From contig JAFYUI010000028.1 of the NCBI GenBank assembly GCA_017549565.1, forward strand, positions 41,788-105,787: a DNA stretch of 64,000 bases, read 5' to 3'. This document shows, piece by piece, positions 20,908-30,802 of this stretch. Position 1 is the first letter of the stretch, and each line of letters starts with the position of its first letter. The notes beneath the pieces are model-generated. The model searched no databases and was not told the origin of the DNA. It worked only from the letters and a program-made list of their open reading frames with translations. The stretch is from Clostridia bacterium (GTDB lineage Bacteria > Bacillota > Clostridia > Oscillospirales > Acutalibacteraceae). The position numbers and the translations under genes were made by a program.

Positions 20908-22731
20908 TTACTTTCTCTTTGATTCGTATTTCATTCTTTCTTCTTTATTAAGGATTCTCTTGCGAAGTCTGATATTTTCGGGAGTGATTTCCACCAATTC
21001 ATCATCCTTGATAAATTCAAGCGACTGTTCAAGACTAAGGCGTGTGTGCGGTACAAGGCGTAACGCATCGTCACTGCCCGAAGCACGGGTATTTGTCATT
21101 TGCTTTTTCTTGCAAACATTACAAACAATATCTTCATTTTTTGGGTTTTCGCCAACTATCATACCCTCATAAACGGGGGTGCCGGGGCCAATAAACAATC
21201 TGCCGCGGCTTTGTGTGTTGAAAAGACCATAACCAGTAGATTCGCCCGTTTCGTGCACAACGATTGAGCCGGTAAGGCGTTGGTCGATATCGCCCTTATA
21301 TTCCTGATAGCTGTCAAACACATGGTTCATAATGCCGTTACCGTTAGTGTCGGTCATAAACTGCGAACGATAGCCAAGCAGACCGCGTGCGGGAATTAAA
21401 AACTCTAAATGCGATGTTCCGCCGTCGCGTGTACCCATATTTCTTATTTCGGCCTTGCGGGTGCCAAGTCGCTCCATAACCGAGCCGACATATTCCTCAG
21501 GCACTTCAATCATTAAAAGCTCCATCGGCTCTAACAAGGTGCCGTTAGCATCCCTTTTATAAATAACCTCGGGCGGAGAAACCTGAAATTCATAACCCTG
21601 ACGGCGCATTGTTTCAATTAAAATTGAAAGGTGTAATTCACCTCTGCCTGAAACCTTAAAGGTGTCAGCCGAATCGGTTTCTTCAACACGCAAGCTGACA
21701 TTTGTCATAACCTCTTTAAAAAGGCGGTCACGAAGATTTCGTGAAGTTACAAACTTGCCTTCTTTACCTGCAAAAGGTGAGTTATTAACCATAAAATTCA
21801 TAGCCAAAGTCGGCTCATCAATTTTAACAAAAGGTAATGCCTCGATATTATTAGCATCGCAGGCAGTTTCGCCAATTTCAAGATTTTGAAGCCCTGCAAC
21901 CTGAATAATATCGCCAACGCTTGCAGTTTCTTCTTCAAAGCGTTTAAGACCACGATACATAAACAGCTTTGCAATTTTTTCATTTTTGGTTGTGCCGTCC
22001 TTATGGCAAATTGCCACCTGCTGACCGCTTTTAACACTGCCGCGAATTACACGGCCAACACCAATTCGGCCAAGATAATCGTCATATTCAATGTTGGTGA
22101 AAAGAATTTGAAGCGGGCCTTCGGTTTCGCCCTTTGGTGCATCAATTTCGTTAACGATAGCATCGAATAAGGGCTTCATATCCTCGCCCTTAATGTCAGG
22201 CGAATAGGATGCATAACCGTCACGGCCTGAGGCAAACACCACAGGAAACTCGATTTGGTCTTCATCGGCGCCAAGCTCGATAAATAAGTCAAGCACTTCG
22301 TCAACAACCTCGTGCGGACGTGCCATTGGTTTGTCAATTTTATTTACAACAACAACCGCCTTTTTGCCAAGCGCTAACGCTTTTTTAAGCACAAAGCGGG
22401 TTTGGGGCATACAACCCTCAAACGCGTCAACAAGCAATAAAACACCGTCAACCATTTGAAGAATACGCTCAACCTCGCCGCCAAAATCGGCGTGGCCGGG
22501 GGTGTCAACAATGTTAATTTTAACATCGCCGTACATAACGCTTGTGTTTTTTGACAAAATTGTTATGCCGCGTTCGCGCTCCAAATCGTTAGAGTCCATA
22601 ACACGCTCGTCGACCGATTCGTTAACACGAAAGGTGCCGCTTTGCTTTAAAAGCTGGTCCACAAGGGTTGTCTTGCCGTGGTCAACGTGGGCAATTATAG
22701 CAACATTTCTTAAATTTTTAATTTCAGTCAT
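20908..22731 (-). CDS. typA: translational GTPase TypA/BipA
   Basis: [16 protein letters not shown]1 motif, DTPGHADF G3, NKID G4. ATG at 22731 (MTEIKNLRN) follows AGGAAG; the track adds 9 residues. Confidence 0.96.
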   Translation of the reverse strand: MTEIKNLRNVAIIAHVDHGKTTLVDQLLKQSGTFRVNESVDERVMDSNDLERERGITILSKNTSVMYGDVKINIVDTPGHADFGGEVERILQMVDGVLLLVDAFEGCMPQTRFVLKKALALGKKAVVVVNKIDKPMARPHEVVDEVLDLFIELGADEDQIEFPVVFASGRDGYASYSPDIKGEDMKPLFDAIVNEIDAPKGETEGPLQILFTNIEYDDYLGRIGVGRVIRGSVKSGQQVAICHKDGTTKNEKIAKLFMYRGLKRFEEETASVGDIIQVAGLQNLEIGETACDANNIEALPFVKIDEPTLAMNFMVNNSPFAGKEGKFVTSRNLRDRLFKEVMTNVSLRVEETDSADTFKVSGRGELHLSILIETMRRQGYEFQVSPPEVIYKRDANGTLLEPMELLMIEVPEEYVGSVMERLGTRKAEIRNMGTRDGGTSHLEFLIPARGLLGYRSQFMTDTNGNGIMNHVFDSYQEYKGDIDQRLTGSIVVHETGESTGYGLFNTQSRGRLFIGPGTPVYEGMIVGENPKNEDIVCNVCKKKQMTNTRASGSDDALRLVPHTRLSLEQSLEFIKDDELVEITPENIRLRKRILNKEERMKYESKRK

Positions 22732-22929
22732 AAAATACTTCCTTACATCGACAAACAATTACTCATTTTAACCTTAATATTATATTATAATATTAAACAG
22801 TTGTCAATAAATTAACCCTCTTATATAATGAAAATGTTAAATTTTTCTAAACTTTTATACAAAGTATTGAAAATGGGCATATTTGTTTTATAATATAATT
22901 GAGATATATTTTCAGAAAGGAAATAAAAG

Positions 22930-25900
22930 ATGCTAACCCTAAAAAACATTAAGAAAGACTATGTAACCGGTGACAGCAAGGTAGAAGCGTTAAAAGGCGT
23001 TGATTTAACCTTTCGCAGCAGCGAATTCGTTTCAATTTTAGGCCAGTCGGGCTGTGGTAAAACCACCCTTTTAAACATTATCGGTGGTCTTGATAAATAC
23101 ACAAGCGGTGACCTTTTCATTAACGGAAAGTCAACTAAAAATTACAAGGATAGGGACTGGGACAATTACCGCAACCATTCGGTCGGCTTTGTTTTTCAAA
23201 GCTATAACCTTATCCCCCACCAAAATGTTTTAAAAAATGTTGAATTGGCGCTAACCCTTTCGGGCGTTTCAAAAAGTGAACGCCGCCGCAGAGCAAAGGA
23301 AGCACTTGAAAAGGTTGGTCTCGGTGACCAGCTTCGTAAAAAGCCAAGCGAAATGTCGGGTGGACAAATGCAGCGTGTTGCCATCGCCCGTGCTATTGTA
23401 AATAACCCCGATATTATTTTGGCGGATGAGCCAACAGGCGCTTTGGACACCGAAACCAGCGTTCAGGTAATGGAAATTTTAAAAGAAATTTCTAACGACC
23501 GTTTGGTTATTATGGTTACCCACAACCCCGATTTAGCAGAGGAGTATTCAACCCGTATTGTAAGAATGCTCGACGGTGTTATTTTGTCCGACTCAAAACC
23601 GCTTTCTGCCGAAGAAATTCACGAAGAAACCGAAAAAGAAAAGGACAAAGCTGAAAAAATTAAAAAACAAAAAATGCCTTCAATGTCACTTTGGACATCA
23701 TTCGGCCTATCCCTTAACAACCTTTTCACCAAAAAAGGCAGAACGGCACTTACTTCCTTTGCGGGAAGTATTGGTATTATCGGCATTGCCCTTATTTTTG
23801 CGGTTTCGCAGGGTACAACTGCTTTTATTGATGCCACACAGGAGGAAACCCTTTCCTCCTACCCCATTACATTAGAATCTCAAACCCTTGATATGACCGA
23901 GCTTATTGAAACCTTTGTGGGCGTGGCGGAATCTAAAACCGAGCACGAAAACGATGCGGTTTATGAAAAATCAGCCGTTTATGAAATGCTAAATGCCATA
24001 AACTCGCTTGAAGCAAATGAAAACGACCTTAAAGCATTTAAGGCATACCTTGAAAACGAAATAAAGGATGATAAAAACACCGCACTGCGCGATGCAATAA
24101 ACGGTATTCAATACACCTATAATTTCAATTTGCTTGTTTATACCCAAAGTGTTGACGGAAGCATTATACACTCTGACACGACCGAGCTTATGACCGAAAT
24201 TTTGCGTGATTATTTTGGTATGGATATGTCGGGTATGATGTCGGGTGGTATGATGTCAGGCGGTATAATGTCGGGCGGTATGATGCAAAGCAACACCTCA
24301 ACCTTGTGGCAGGAAATGCTTACAGGCCGCGATGGTGAGCTTATAAATCCGCTTTTTGAAAAGCAATATGACCTTATTTACGGCGCTTGGCCCAACGATT
24401 ATAACGAAATTATTTTGGTGGTTGATGAAAACAACGAGCTTGATGACACCACCCTTTACGCCCTTGGATTAAAGCCCAAAAAGGAAATTACCGATGCCGC
24501 ACAGGCGGTTGTTAATAAGGAGCAAATCGAGGTTAAATCTCGCAAATGGACCTATAAGGAAATTTGCGAAATGGAATATAAAACAATTTTAAATTCCTCT
24601 TGCTTTTCATTGGACGAAAAAACAGGTAAATATACCGACCTTCGTGACACCGAGGCAGGTCTTAAATACCTTTATGCAAACGGTATTCCCCTTAAAGTAA
24701 CAGGCATTATAAGACCCAAAAAGGATGTATCATCCCGACTTCTTACCGGCTCAATTTGCTACACCAAAAAGCTGACTGATTTTGTTGTGGAAAAAGCAAG
24801 TGAATCCCCCGCAATTAAGGCACAGCTTAAGGATGAAACCACCGACATTTTCACAGCGCTTCCCTTTGGTGAAAACAGCGATAATTTAGATGATAACGAT
24901 AAAAAGGCCGAATTTAAAAAATACCTTTCAAAGCTTAATAAAAACAGCAAGGCCGAAACCTATGTTAAGATTATGTGCATCCCCGAAAATAAGGATGTTG
25001 AAAGCTTTGTAAAAAACGCCCTTAAAGGCACCACCCGCGCACAAATCGAGGCAACCTTAACCCCTGCCATTGTTCAGCAAACAGGTATGAGCGAGACCGA
25101 AATCAAATCATACATTAAGGATATGAAGGATGACGAGCTTAAAGAAATGTATTCCTCTATCCTTGAAAAGCAGTATAAGGCACAATATGCCGCAGGCGTT
25201 ATGGGACAAATTGCAATGATGACGGTTGACCAAAAGGCCGCAGCGCTTGATGCCGCCGCAAAGAAATTTACCAAAGCACAGTTTGCCACCTATTATGACG
25301 AGGTTTTGGAATTTTCAAGCTCTACCCTTGATAACAACCTTGCAAAGCTTGGCTATGTCGAGCTTGACGACCCCTCGACCATAAATATTTATGCAACCTC
25401 GTTTGAAAATAAGGAGGTTATCGAGGGTGCCATTACCGATTACAATAAATCGGTTGAAGACCTTCAAAAAATCTCTTATACCGACTATCTTGGTATAATG
25501 ATGTCCTCTATCACCACCATAATTAACGCCATAACCTATGTTTTAATTGCCTTTGTTGCAGTTTCCTTAATTGTTTCTTCTATTATGATTGGTGTTATCA
25601 CCTTAATTTCTGTTCAAGAACGCACAAAGGAAATTGGTATTTTACGCGCCATCGGTGCTTCAAGGCGCAATGTTTCAAGCATGTTTAATGCCGAAACCAT
25701 TATAATCGGCTTTATATCAGGCGCTTTGGGTGTGGGCATTACCTATCTTTTGTGCATACCCATAAATATCATTTTGCAGGCAGTTACAGGTCTTCCAAAT
25801 CTTAAAGCATTTGTTCCCATTGAAATTGGCATTATATTTATTTTAATCAGCGTTGTTTTAACAATGTTTGCGGGTATTATTCCCTCACGCAGCGCAGCCA

Positions 25901-25935
25901 AAAAAGACCCCGTAATAGCACTAAGAACCGAATAA
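22930..25935 (+). CDS. fused ABC transporter ATP-binding protein/permease, MacB-FtsX type, with a very large extracytoplasmic domain
   Basis: N-terminal MacB/LolD-like ATPase ([34 protein letters not shown]), one TM, a soluble insert of about 580 aa, and a C-terminal FtsX module ([17 protein letters not shown]). Confidence 0.88.
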   Translation: MLTLKNIKKDYVTGDSKVEALKGVDLTFRSSEFVSILGQSGCGKTTLLNIIGGLDKYTSGDLFINGKSTKNYKDRDWDNYRNHSVGFVFQSYNLIPHQNVLKNVELALTLSGVSKSERRRRAKEALEKVGLGDQLRKKPSEMSGGQMQRVAIARAIVNNPDIILADEPTGALDTETSVQVMEILKEISNDRLVIMVTHNPDLAEEYSTRIVRMLDGVILSDSKPLSAEEIHEETEKEKDKAEKIKKQKMPSMSLWTSFGLSLNNLFTKKGRTALTSFAGSIGIIGIALIFAVSQGTTAFIDATQEETLSSYPITLESQTLDMTELIETFVGVAESKTEHENDAVYEKSAVYEMLNAINSLEANENDLKAFKAYLENEIKDDKNTALRDAINGIQYTYNFNLLVYTQSVDGSIIHSDTTELMTEILRDYFGMDMSGMMSGGMMSGGIMSGGMMQSNTSTLWQEMLTGRDGELINPLFEKQYDLIYGAWPNDYNEIILVVDENNELDDTTLYALGLKPKKEITDAAQAVVNKEQIEVKSRKWTYKEICEMEYKTILNSSCFSLDEKTGKYTDLRDTEAGLKYLYANGIPLKVTGIIRPKKDVSSRLLTGSICYTKKLTDFVVEKASESPAIKAQLKDETTDIFTALPFGENSDNLDDNDKKAEFKKYLSKLNKNSKAETYVKIMCIPENKDVESFVKNALKGTTRAQIEATLTPAIVQQTGMSETEIKSYIKDMKDDELKEMYSSILEKQYKAQYAAGVMGQIAMMTVDQKAAALDAAAKKFTKAQFATYYDEVLEFSSSTLDNNLAKLGYVELDDPSTINIYATSFENKEVIEGAITDYNKSVEDLQKISYTDYLGIMMSSITTIINAITYVLIAFVAVSLIVSSIMIGVITLISVQERTKEIGILRAIGASRRNVSSMFNAETIIIGFISGALGVGITYLLCIPINIILQAVTGLPNLKAFVPIEIGIIFILISVVLTMFAGIIPSRSAAKKDPVIALRTE
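24226..24285 (+). repeat. in-frame 15-bp tandem repeat encoding (M-S-G-G-M)n
   Basis: ATGTCGGGTATG / ATGTCGGGTGGTATG / ATGTCAGGCGGTATA / ATGTCGGGCGGTATG, translating to [20 protein letters not shown] inside the ABC ectodomain. Confidence 0.9.
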
Positions 25936-25939
25936 TTTT

Positions 25940-25970
25940 AAAGAACCCGCAAAAAGTGGGTTCTTTTTTT
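25940..25970 (+). terminator. intrinsic terminator after the ABC fusion gene
   Basis: AAAGAACCC-GCAAAAAGT-GGGTTCTTTTTTT. Confidence 0.8.
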
Positions 25971-26047
25971 GATTTTTTTAAAATTAGGTCTTCTATTTCA
26001 AGTAAATATTTGGTATAATATATTTAATATTATATAATGGAGTTATT

Positions 26048-26812
26048 ATGAACATAGATATTGATGGCTTAAACATAGAATATACCGAAGAAGGCAGCGG
26101 TGCGCCTGTGTTACTTTTACACGGGTGGAATTCGTCTTTTTTGGTTTATCGCGGTATTATAAATTCTTTAAAAAACAACTACCGCGTGGTTGCGGTTAAC
26201 TTCCCCGGCTGTGCAGGTTCTGACACAATGGAAACCCCGTGGAATTTGGACGATTACTGCGATTTTGTGCTTAAATTTATGAAAAAGCTTAATATTGAAA
26301 ACCCTATTATGTTCGGCCATTCTCACGGTGGCAGAGTTACACTTAAAATGGCGGCAACCGGTATGGTTAACCCACCTAAAATTGTGCTTTTAGACTCGGC
26401 GGGGCTTATACCCAAAAAGTCACTAAAACAAAAATTTAGGGCAAAAAGTTTTAAAATTATTAAATGGGGCCTTACCTTGCCTGTTATTAAAAATTACAGC
26501 GATGGGCTTTTGCAAAAAGCAAGAAATTATTATGGCTCGGCCGATTATAACGCTGCACCCGAGGTGCTTCGCAAAACCTTGGTTAGTTTAGTTAATACCG
26601 ATTTGCGTGATATTTTGCACAGCATTACCGCCCCCACACTGCTTATTTGGGGCGAAAATGACACCGCAACACCCCTTTCGGATGCGAAAATTATTGAAAG
26701 CAAAATTAAAGACAGCGGTCTTTGTGTTATAAAGGGCACAGGCCATTATTCCTTTTGCGAGCGTCCCTTTGAAGCACAGGCAATTATTAACAGCTTTTTA
26801 GGAGTAAAATGA
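26048..26812 (+). CDS. alpha/beta hydrolase
   Basis: 254 aa. HGW oxyanion region, nucleophile elbow GHSHGG, C-terminal GHY catalytic His region. ATGA overlap with murF. Confidence 0.85.
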   Translation: MNIDIDGLNIEYTEEGSGAPVLLLHGWNSSFLVYRGIINSLKNNYRVVAVNFPGCAGSDTMETPWNLDDYCDFVLKFMKKLNIENPIMFGHSHGGRVTLKMAATGMVNPPKIVLLDSAGLIPKKSLKQKFRAKSFKIIKWGLTLPVIKNYSDGLLQKARNYYGSADYNAAPEVLRKTLVSLVNTDLRDILHSITAPTLLIWGENDTATPLSDAKIIESKIKDSGLCVIKGTGHYSFCERPFEAQAIINSFLGVK

Positions 26813-28365
26813 TGGTATTTTTTATTCTAACACTTATATTTTTGGCATTGTCAGGTATTTGCTCAACAGTTCGACAATATCAAATGCTGCAGCAAAATTC
26901 TTATTATATTTCACGCTATTTAAAGTGGGTGTTCCCCTTTTACCGCACAAGGTTGATTTTTGATATCATCTTTGCGGCGGGTGCTTCTGCTTTACTGATT
27001 TTTAAGCTTTATATTCCCTCTTTTATACTTGCGGTTATAATTTTTGGCTTTCGTCTTAACACCGCAATAAAAACACAAAAAAAGTCGGTAAAGGCGCTGG
27101 TTATGACCGCACGCGTTAAACGCCTTTTTGTAACAACTGTTTTGTTGCTTTCGGCTCTTTGTGTTTTGGGTGTATTTATAAAATATAGCTATTTTGCAGT
27201 TGTTGTTTTTGCTATGGCAACGCCTTTGCTTTGCATTGCTTGCCGAATTTTAAATTCACCTATTGAGCATTTGGTAAACGCTTATTACATTGCCGATGCT
27301 AAAAAAATTATAAAACGGCACAAAAATTTAAAGGTTATTGGCATTACGGGCAGTTATGGTAAAACCACCACAAAGTTTATTTTAACCCGTATTTTAAGCG
27401 AAAAATTTAACACAGTTTGCACACCACACAGTTTTAACACACCAATGGGTGTTACCCGCACTATCCGTTCAGACCTTAAACCGCAAACCGAAGTTTTTGT
27501 TTGCGAAATGGGTGCCAAAGAGGTTGGCAACATTAACGAGGTTTGCGTTATTGCAAAGCCACACCACGCACTTATTACTTCGGTTGGTCCACAGCACCTT
27601 GAAACCTTTAAAACCATTGAAAATGTTTATAAAACCAAGTTTGAGCTTGCCGATTTTGTCGACAAAAACGGCGGTATGGTGTTTGCCAACGGTGACAGCG
27701 CCGAAATTAGTCGCCAGCTTGACCGCGACTGCAAAATTTACGGCACAAATAAAGATTTTAAATATTATGCCGACAATATAAGCTATGGTAGGTTTGGCTC
27801 TACCTTTACAATGCACATTGGCGATATTTCATTTGATTTAAACACCAAGCTTTTGGGACTTCACAGCATTATCGACATTATCGGTGCGGCTTCTCTTTCG
27901 TATGAATTGGGCGTTTCGGTTGATGATATTAAATATGCAGTTGCTTCCCTTAAGCCCGCAGAACACCGCCTTGAAATGAAGCCATTTAATAAGGGCTCGC
28001 TTCTAATTGATGATGCTTATAATTCCAACCCCGAGGGTTGTCTTGAAGCAGTAAGAGTGCTTGGATCATTTGACGGTATGAAAAAGGTTGTTGTCACCCC
28101 CGGTCTTATAGAGCTTGGCGAAAAAGAATATGAATGCAATTTTAATTTAGGTCTTGAAGCGGCTAAAAACGCTGATATAATTATTTTGGTTGGTCTTAAC
28201 CGTTCAAAGCCAATGGCCGACGCGGTAAACACCACCGACTTTAACAAGGAAAATATGCACATTGTTGCTTCTTTTAAAGAGGCAATGGAAATTTACAACA
28301 AAATCGCCGACAGTAACACCGTTGTTCTTTTTGAAAACGATTTGCCGGATAATTATTTGAATTAG
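26809..28365 (+). CDS. murF: UDP-N-acetylmuramoyl-tripeptide--D-alanyl-D-alanine ligase MurF with N-terminal polytopic membrane segment
   Basis: P-loop GITGSYGKTT at aa 178-187. MurF-type motifs FNTPMGV, EMGAKEVGNI, ITSVGPQHLETF, DDAYNSNPEG, GLIELG. The first 150 aa or so are 4-5 hydrophobic helices. Confidence 0.85.
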   Translation: MMVFFILTLIFLALSGICSTVRQYQMLQQNSYYISRYLKWVFPFYRTRLIFDIIFAAGASALLIFKLYIPSFILAVIIFGFRLNTAIKTQKKSVKALVMTARVKRLFVTTVLLLSALCVLGVFIKYSYFAVVVFAMATPLLCIACRILNSPIEHLVNAYYIADAKKIIKRHKNLKVIGITGSYGKTTTKFILTRILSEKFNTVCTPHSFNTPMGVTRTIRSDLKPQTEVFVCEMGAKEVGNINEVCVIAKPHHALITSVGPQHLETFKTIENVYKTKFELADFVDKNGGMVFANGDSAEISRQLDRDCKIYGTNKDFKYYADNISYGRFGSTFTMHIGDISFDLNTKLLGLHSIIDIIGAASLSYELGVSVDDIKYAVASLKPAEHRLEMKPFNKGSLLIDDAYNSNPEGCLEAVRVLGSFDGMKKVVVTPGLIELGEKEYECNFNLGLEAAKNADIIILVGLNRSKPMADAVNTTDFNKENMHIVASFKEAMEIYNKIADSNTVVLFENDLPDNYLN

Positions 28366-28378
28366 AGGTAGATAAATT

Positions 28379-29572
28379 ATGAAAACAAATGTTGCAGTTT
28401 TTTACGGTTGCCGAACAGTTGAACACGAGGTTTCAATTATTTCCGCAGTTCAGGCAATGAGAGCCATTAACCGCGACAAATATGATATCACTCCCGTTTA
28501 TGTAAATAAAGACGGCGAAATGTACACAGGCGACTGCCTTTTTACTATTGAAGAATACCGCAATTTGCCCGAGCTTTTTAAAAAGTGCAAAAAGGTTTAT
28601 TTTATGCGCGAAAACGGCAATGTGGTTATGAAAAATGTCGAACAAAAGCTTTTTTCAAAAAAGACCGGCACAGTTATTGATGTTGCCTTCCCCATTGTTC
28701 ACGGCACAAACTGTGAAGACGGCACAATTCAAGGTTATTTAGAATATCTAAATATACCCTATGTTGGTTGTGATATTATTTCATCAGCCGTTGGTATGGA
28801 TAAAGCAGTGTTTAAGGATGTGCTTAAAAATGCAGGGCTTCCCGTTTTGGACTGCATTACCTTCCGTGCCCGTGAATATGTTGCCGAAAAACAGGCAATT
28901 TGTGACAAAATCAAGGCCGAAATCGGTTTCCCCCTTATTGTTAAACCCGTTAATTTAGGCAGCAGCGTTGGCATTACCAAGGTTAATACCGAAAACGAGC
29001 TTGATGATGCACTTATGCTTGCAATTTCCTTTGCTGATAAGGTTTTGGTGGAAAAGGCAATTACCTCACTTCGTGAAATTAACTGCTCGGTTTTAGGTAA
29101 CCCCGATGAATGCGAAGCCAGCGTTTGTGAAGAACCCTTTATGAACGATGAAATTTTATCTTATGAAGATAAATACTTAAATAACGCCAAAAAGGGTGGT
29201 TCAAGCAAGGGTATGGCATCTTTAAGCCGTAAAATCCCTGCCGACTTATCACCCGAAAAGAGCGAAGAAATAAGAGATTTGGCTTGTAAAATATTCAAAG
29301 CCATTGGCGCCAGCGGTGTTGTTAGAATTGACTTTATGATTGATACCGCAACCGACACGGTTTACGCCAACGAAATTAACACTATCCCCGGCTCGCTTGC
29401 ATTTTATTTGTGGGAAGCAACCGGTGTTAAATACTGCGACCTTATTGACCGTTTAATCGAACTTGCATTCAAACGCCAAAGAAACCGCGAAAACATCACC
29501 TACACCATCGACACCAATATTTTATCGGGCGTGTCATTCGGTGCAAAGGGTGCCAAAGGGGCAAAGCTGTAA
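28379..29572 (+). CDS. ddl: D-alanine--D-alanine ligase
   Basis: 397 aa. N-terminal VAVFYGCRTVEHEVSIISA, ATP-grasp core (PLIVKPVNLGSSVGI, SYEDKY omega-loop, NEINTIPG). C-terminal GAKGAKGAK tail. Confidence 0.92.
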   Translation: MKTNVAVFYGCRTVEHEVSIISAVQAMRAINRDKYDITPVYVNKDGEMYTGDCLFTIEEYRNLPELFKKCKKVYFMRENGNVVMKNVEQKLFSKKTGTVIDVAFPIVHGTNCEDGTIQGYLEYLNIPYVGCDIISSAVGMDKAVFKDVLKNAGLPVLDCITFRAREYVAEKQAICDKIKAEIGFPLIVKPVNLGSSVGITKVNTENELDDALMLAISFADKVLVEKAITSLREINCSVLGNPDECEASVCEEPFMNDEILSYEDKYLNNAKKGGSSKGMASLSRKIPADLSPEKSEEIRDLACKIFKAIGASGVVRIDFMIDTATDTVYANEINTIPGSLAFYLWEATGVKYCDLIDRLIELAFKRQRNRENITYTIDTNILSGVSFGAKGAKGAKL

Positions 29573-30756
29573 TGACTGCACTTTTAACAAAGCTTTTCAT
29601 TAAAAACCCCGATGACATTAAAAATAACGCCACTCGTACTCAATACGGCAGTTTAAGCGGTGTTGTGGGTATTCTTTGCAACCTTTTACTTTGTGCTTTT
29701 AAAATAGCCGTTGGCTCACTTACACACAGTATTTCTATTGTGGCTGATGGTCTTAACAACCTTTCAGATATGGGATCGTCGGTTATAACCATTTTAGGTT
29801 TTAAACTTGCAAATAAACCCGCCGATAAAGACCACCCGTTTGGTCACGGCAGAATTGAATATATGTCGGCATTTATTGTGGCAATTTTAATTTTACTTGT
29901 TGGTTTTGAGCTTATGAAAACCTCGGTCACCGCTATAACTAATGGTACGCCAATGCCTACATATTCTATTGTCTCAATAATTGTGTTGGCCGTATCTGTT
30001 ATCTTTAAGTTTTGGCTTTTCCTTTTTAACCGAAAAATCGGCAAAAAAATTGATTCCGAAACCTTACTTGCCACCGCACAGGATTCTTTAAATGATTCAA
30101 TTGCAACTGCGGTAATTTTGCTTTCGGTAGGGGTAAGCAAATTAGTTACTCTACCCTTTAATTTGGACGCTGTTATGGGCATTGCGGTTGCTTTATTTAT
30201 TCTTTGGGCAGGTATTAACGCCGCAAAAGAAACCCTAAACCGCCTTTTAGGTGAGCCACCCTCGCCCGAGCTTATAACCGATATTGAAACCGCTATATTA
30301 TCTCACGATGAATTTGTCGGCATACACGACCTTATGATACATAACTATGGCCCCGGTCGGCTTTTCGCATCGGTGCATGTTGAAGTGCCGCAGGACATAG
30401 ACATTGTCCATTGTCACGAACAAATTGATTTGTGCGAAAAGGAAATTTTTGATAATTTGGGTGTTATGCTTGTAATACATATGGACCCAATGGATGTTAA
30501 TAACGAAGAAGTTAATTTCACCCGCCAACAGTTAAGCGATGGCATAAAGGTTATAAATGACGAATTAACCCTTCACGATTTTAGAATGACACCTATGGCT
30601 GACACCCAAACAAACCTTGTGTTTGATGTAGTTATACCACAAAATTTCAACCTTTCCGAAAAAGAGCTTAAAGAAAAAATCTCACAAATCGCAAAGCTTA
30701 TTAACCCAACCTTTTGTTGTGTAATAACGGTTGAACGAGATTTTACGGGAAGATAA
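29572..30756 (+). CDS. cation diffusion facilitator (CDF) family transporter
   Basis: 394 aa. 6 TM with the DGLNNLSD / HGRIEY metal-site region plus a C-terminal cytoplasmic domain. TAATG junction with ddl. Confidence 0.88.
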   Translation: MTALLTKLFIKNPDDIKNNATRTQYGSLSGVVGILCNLLLCAFKIAVGSLTHSISIVADGLNNLSDMGSSVITILGFKLANKPADKDHPFGHGRIEYMSAFIVAILILLVGFELMKTSVTAITNGTPMPTYSIVSIIVLAVSVIFKFWLFLFNRKIGKKIDSETLLATAQDSLNDSIATAVILLSVGVSKLVTLPFNLDAVMGIAVALFILWAGINAAKETLNRLLGEPPSPELITDIETAILSHDEFVGIHDLMIHNYGPGRLFASVHVEVPQDIDIVHCHEQIDLCEKEIFDNLGVMLVIHMDPMDVNNEEVNFTRQQLSDGIKVINDELTLHDFRMTPMADTQTNLVFDVVIPQNFNLSEKELKEKISQIAKLINPTFCCVITVERDFTGR

Positions 30757-30762
30757 AAAAAT

Positions 30763-30789
30763 AAAGCTCCGACAAATGTCGGAGCTTTT
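30763..30789. terminator. bidirectional intrinsic terminator between the CDF gene (+) and ispH/rpsA (-)
   Basis: AAAGCTCCGAC-AAAT-GTCGGAGCTTTT, flanked by A- and T-runs. Confidence 0.85.
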
Positions 30790-30802
30790 AATTTTGCTTT
30801 AA

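Noticed and set aside
26048-29572. Hydrolase-murF-ddl as a vancomycin-resistance-like (van) cluster
   Set aside because: There is no VanH dehydrogenase, VanX/VanY dipeptidase or VanRS two-component system. The Ddl keeps the SYEDKY omega-loop Tyr context expected of D-Ala-D-Ala ligases.
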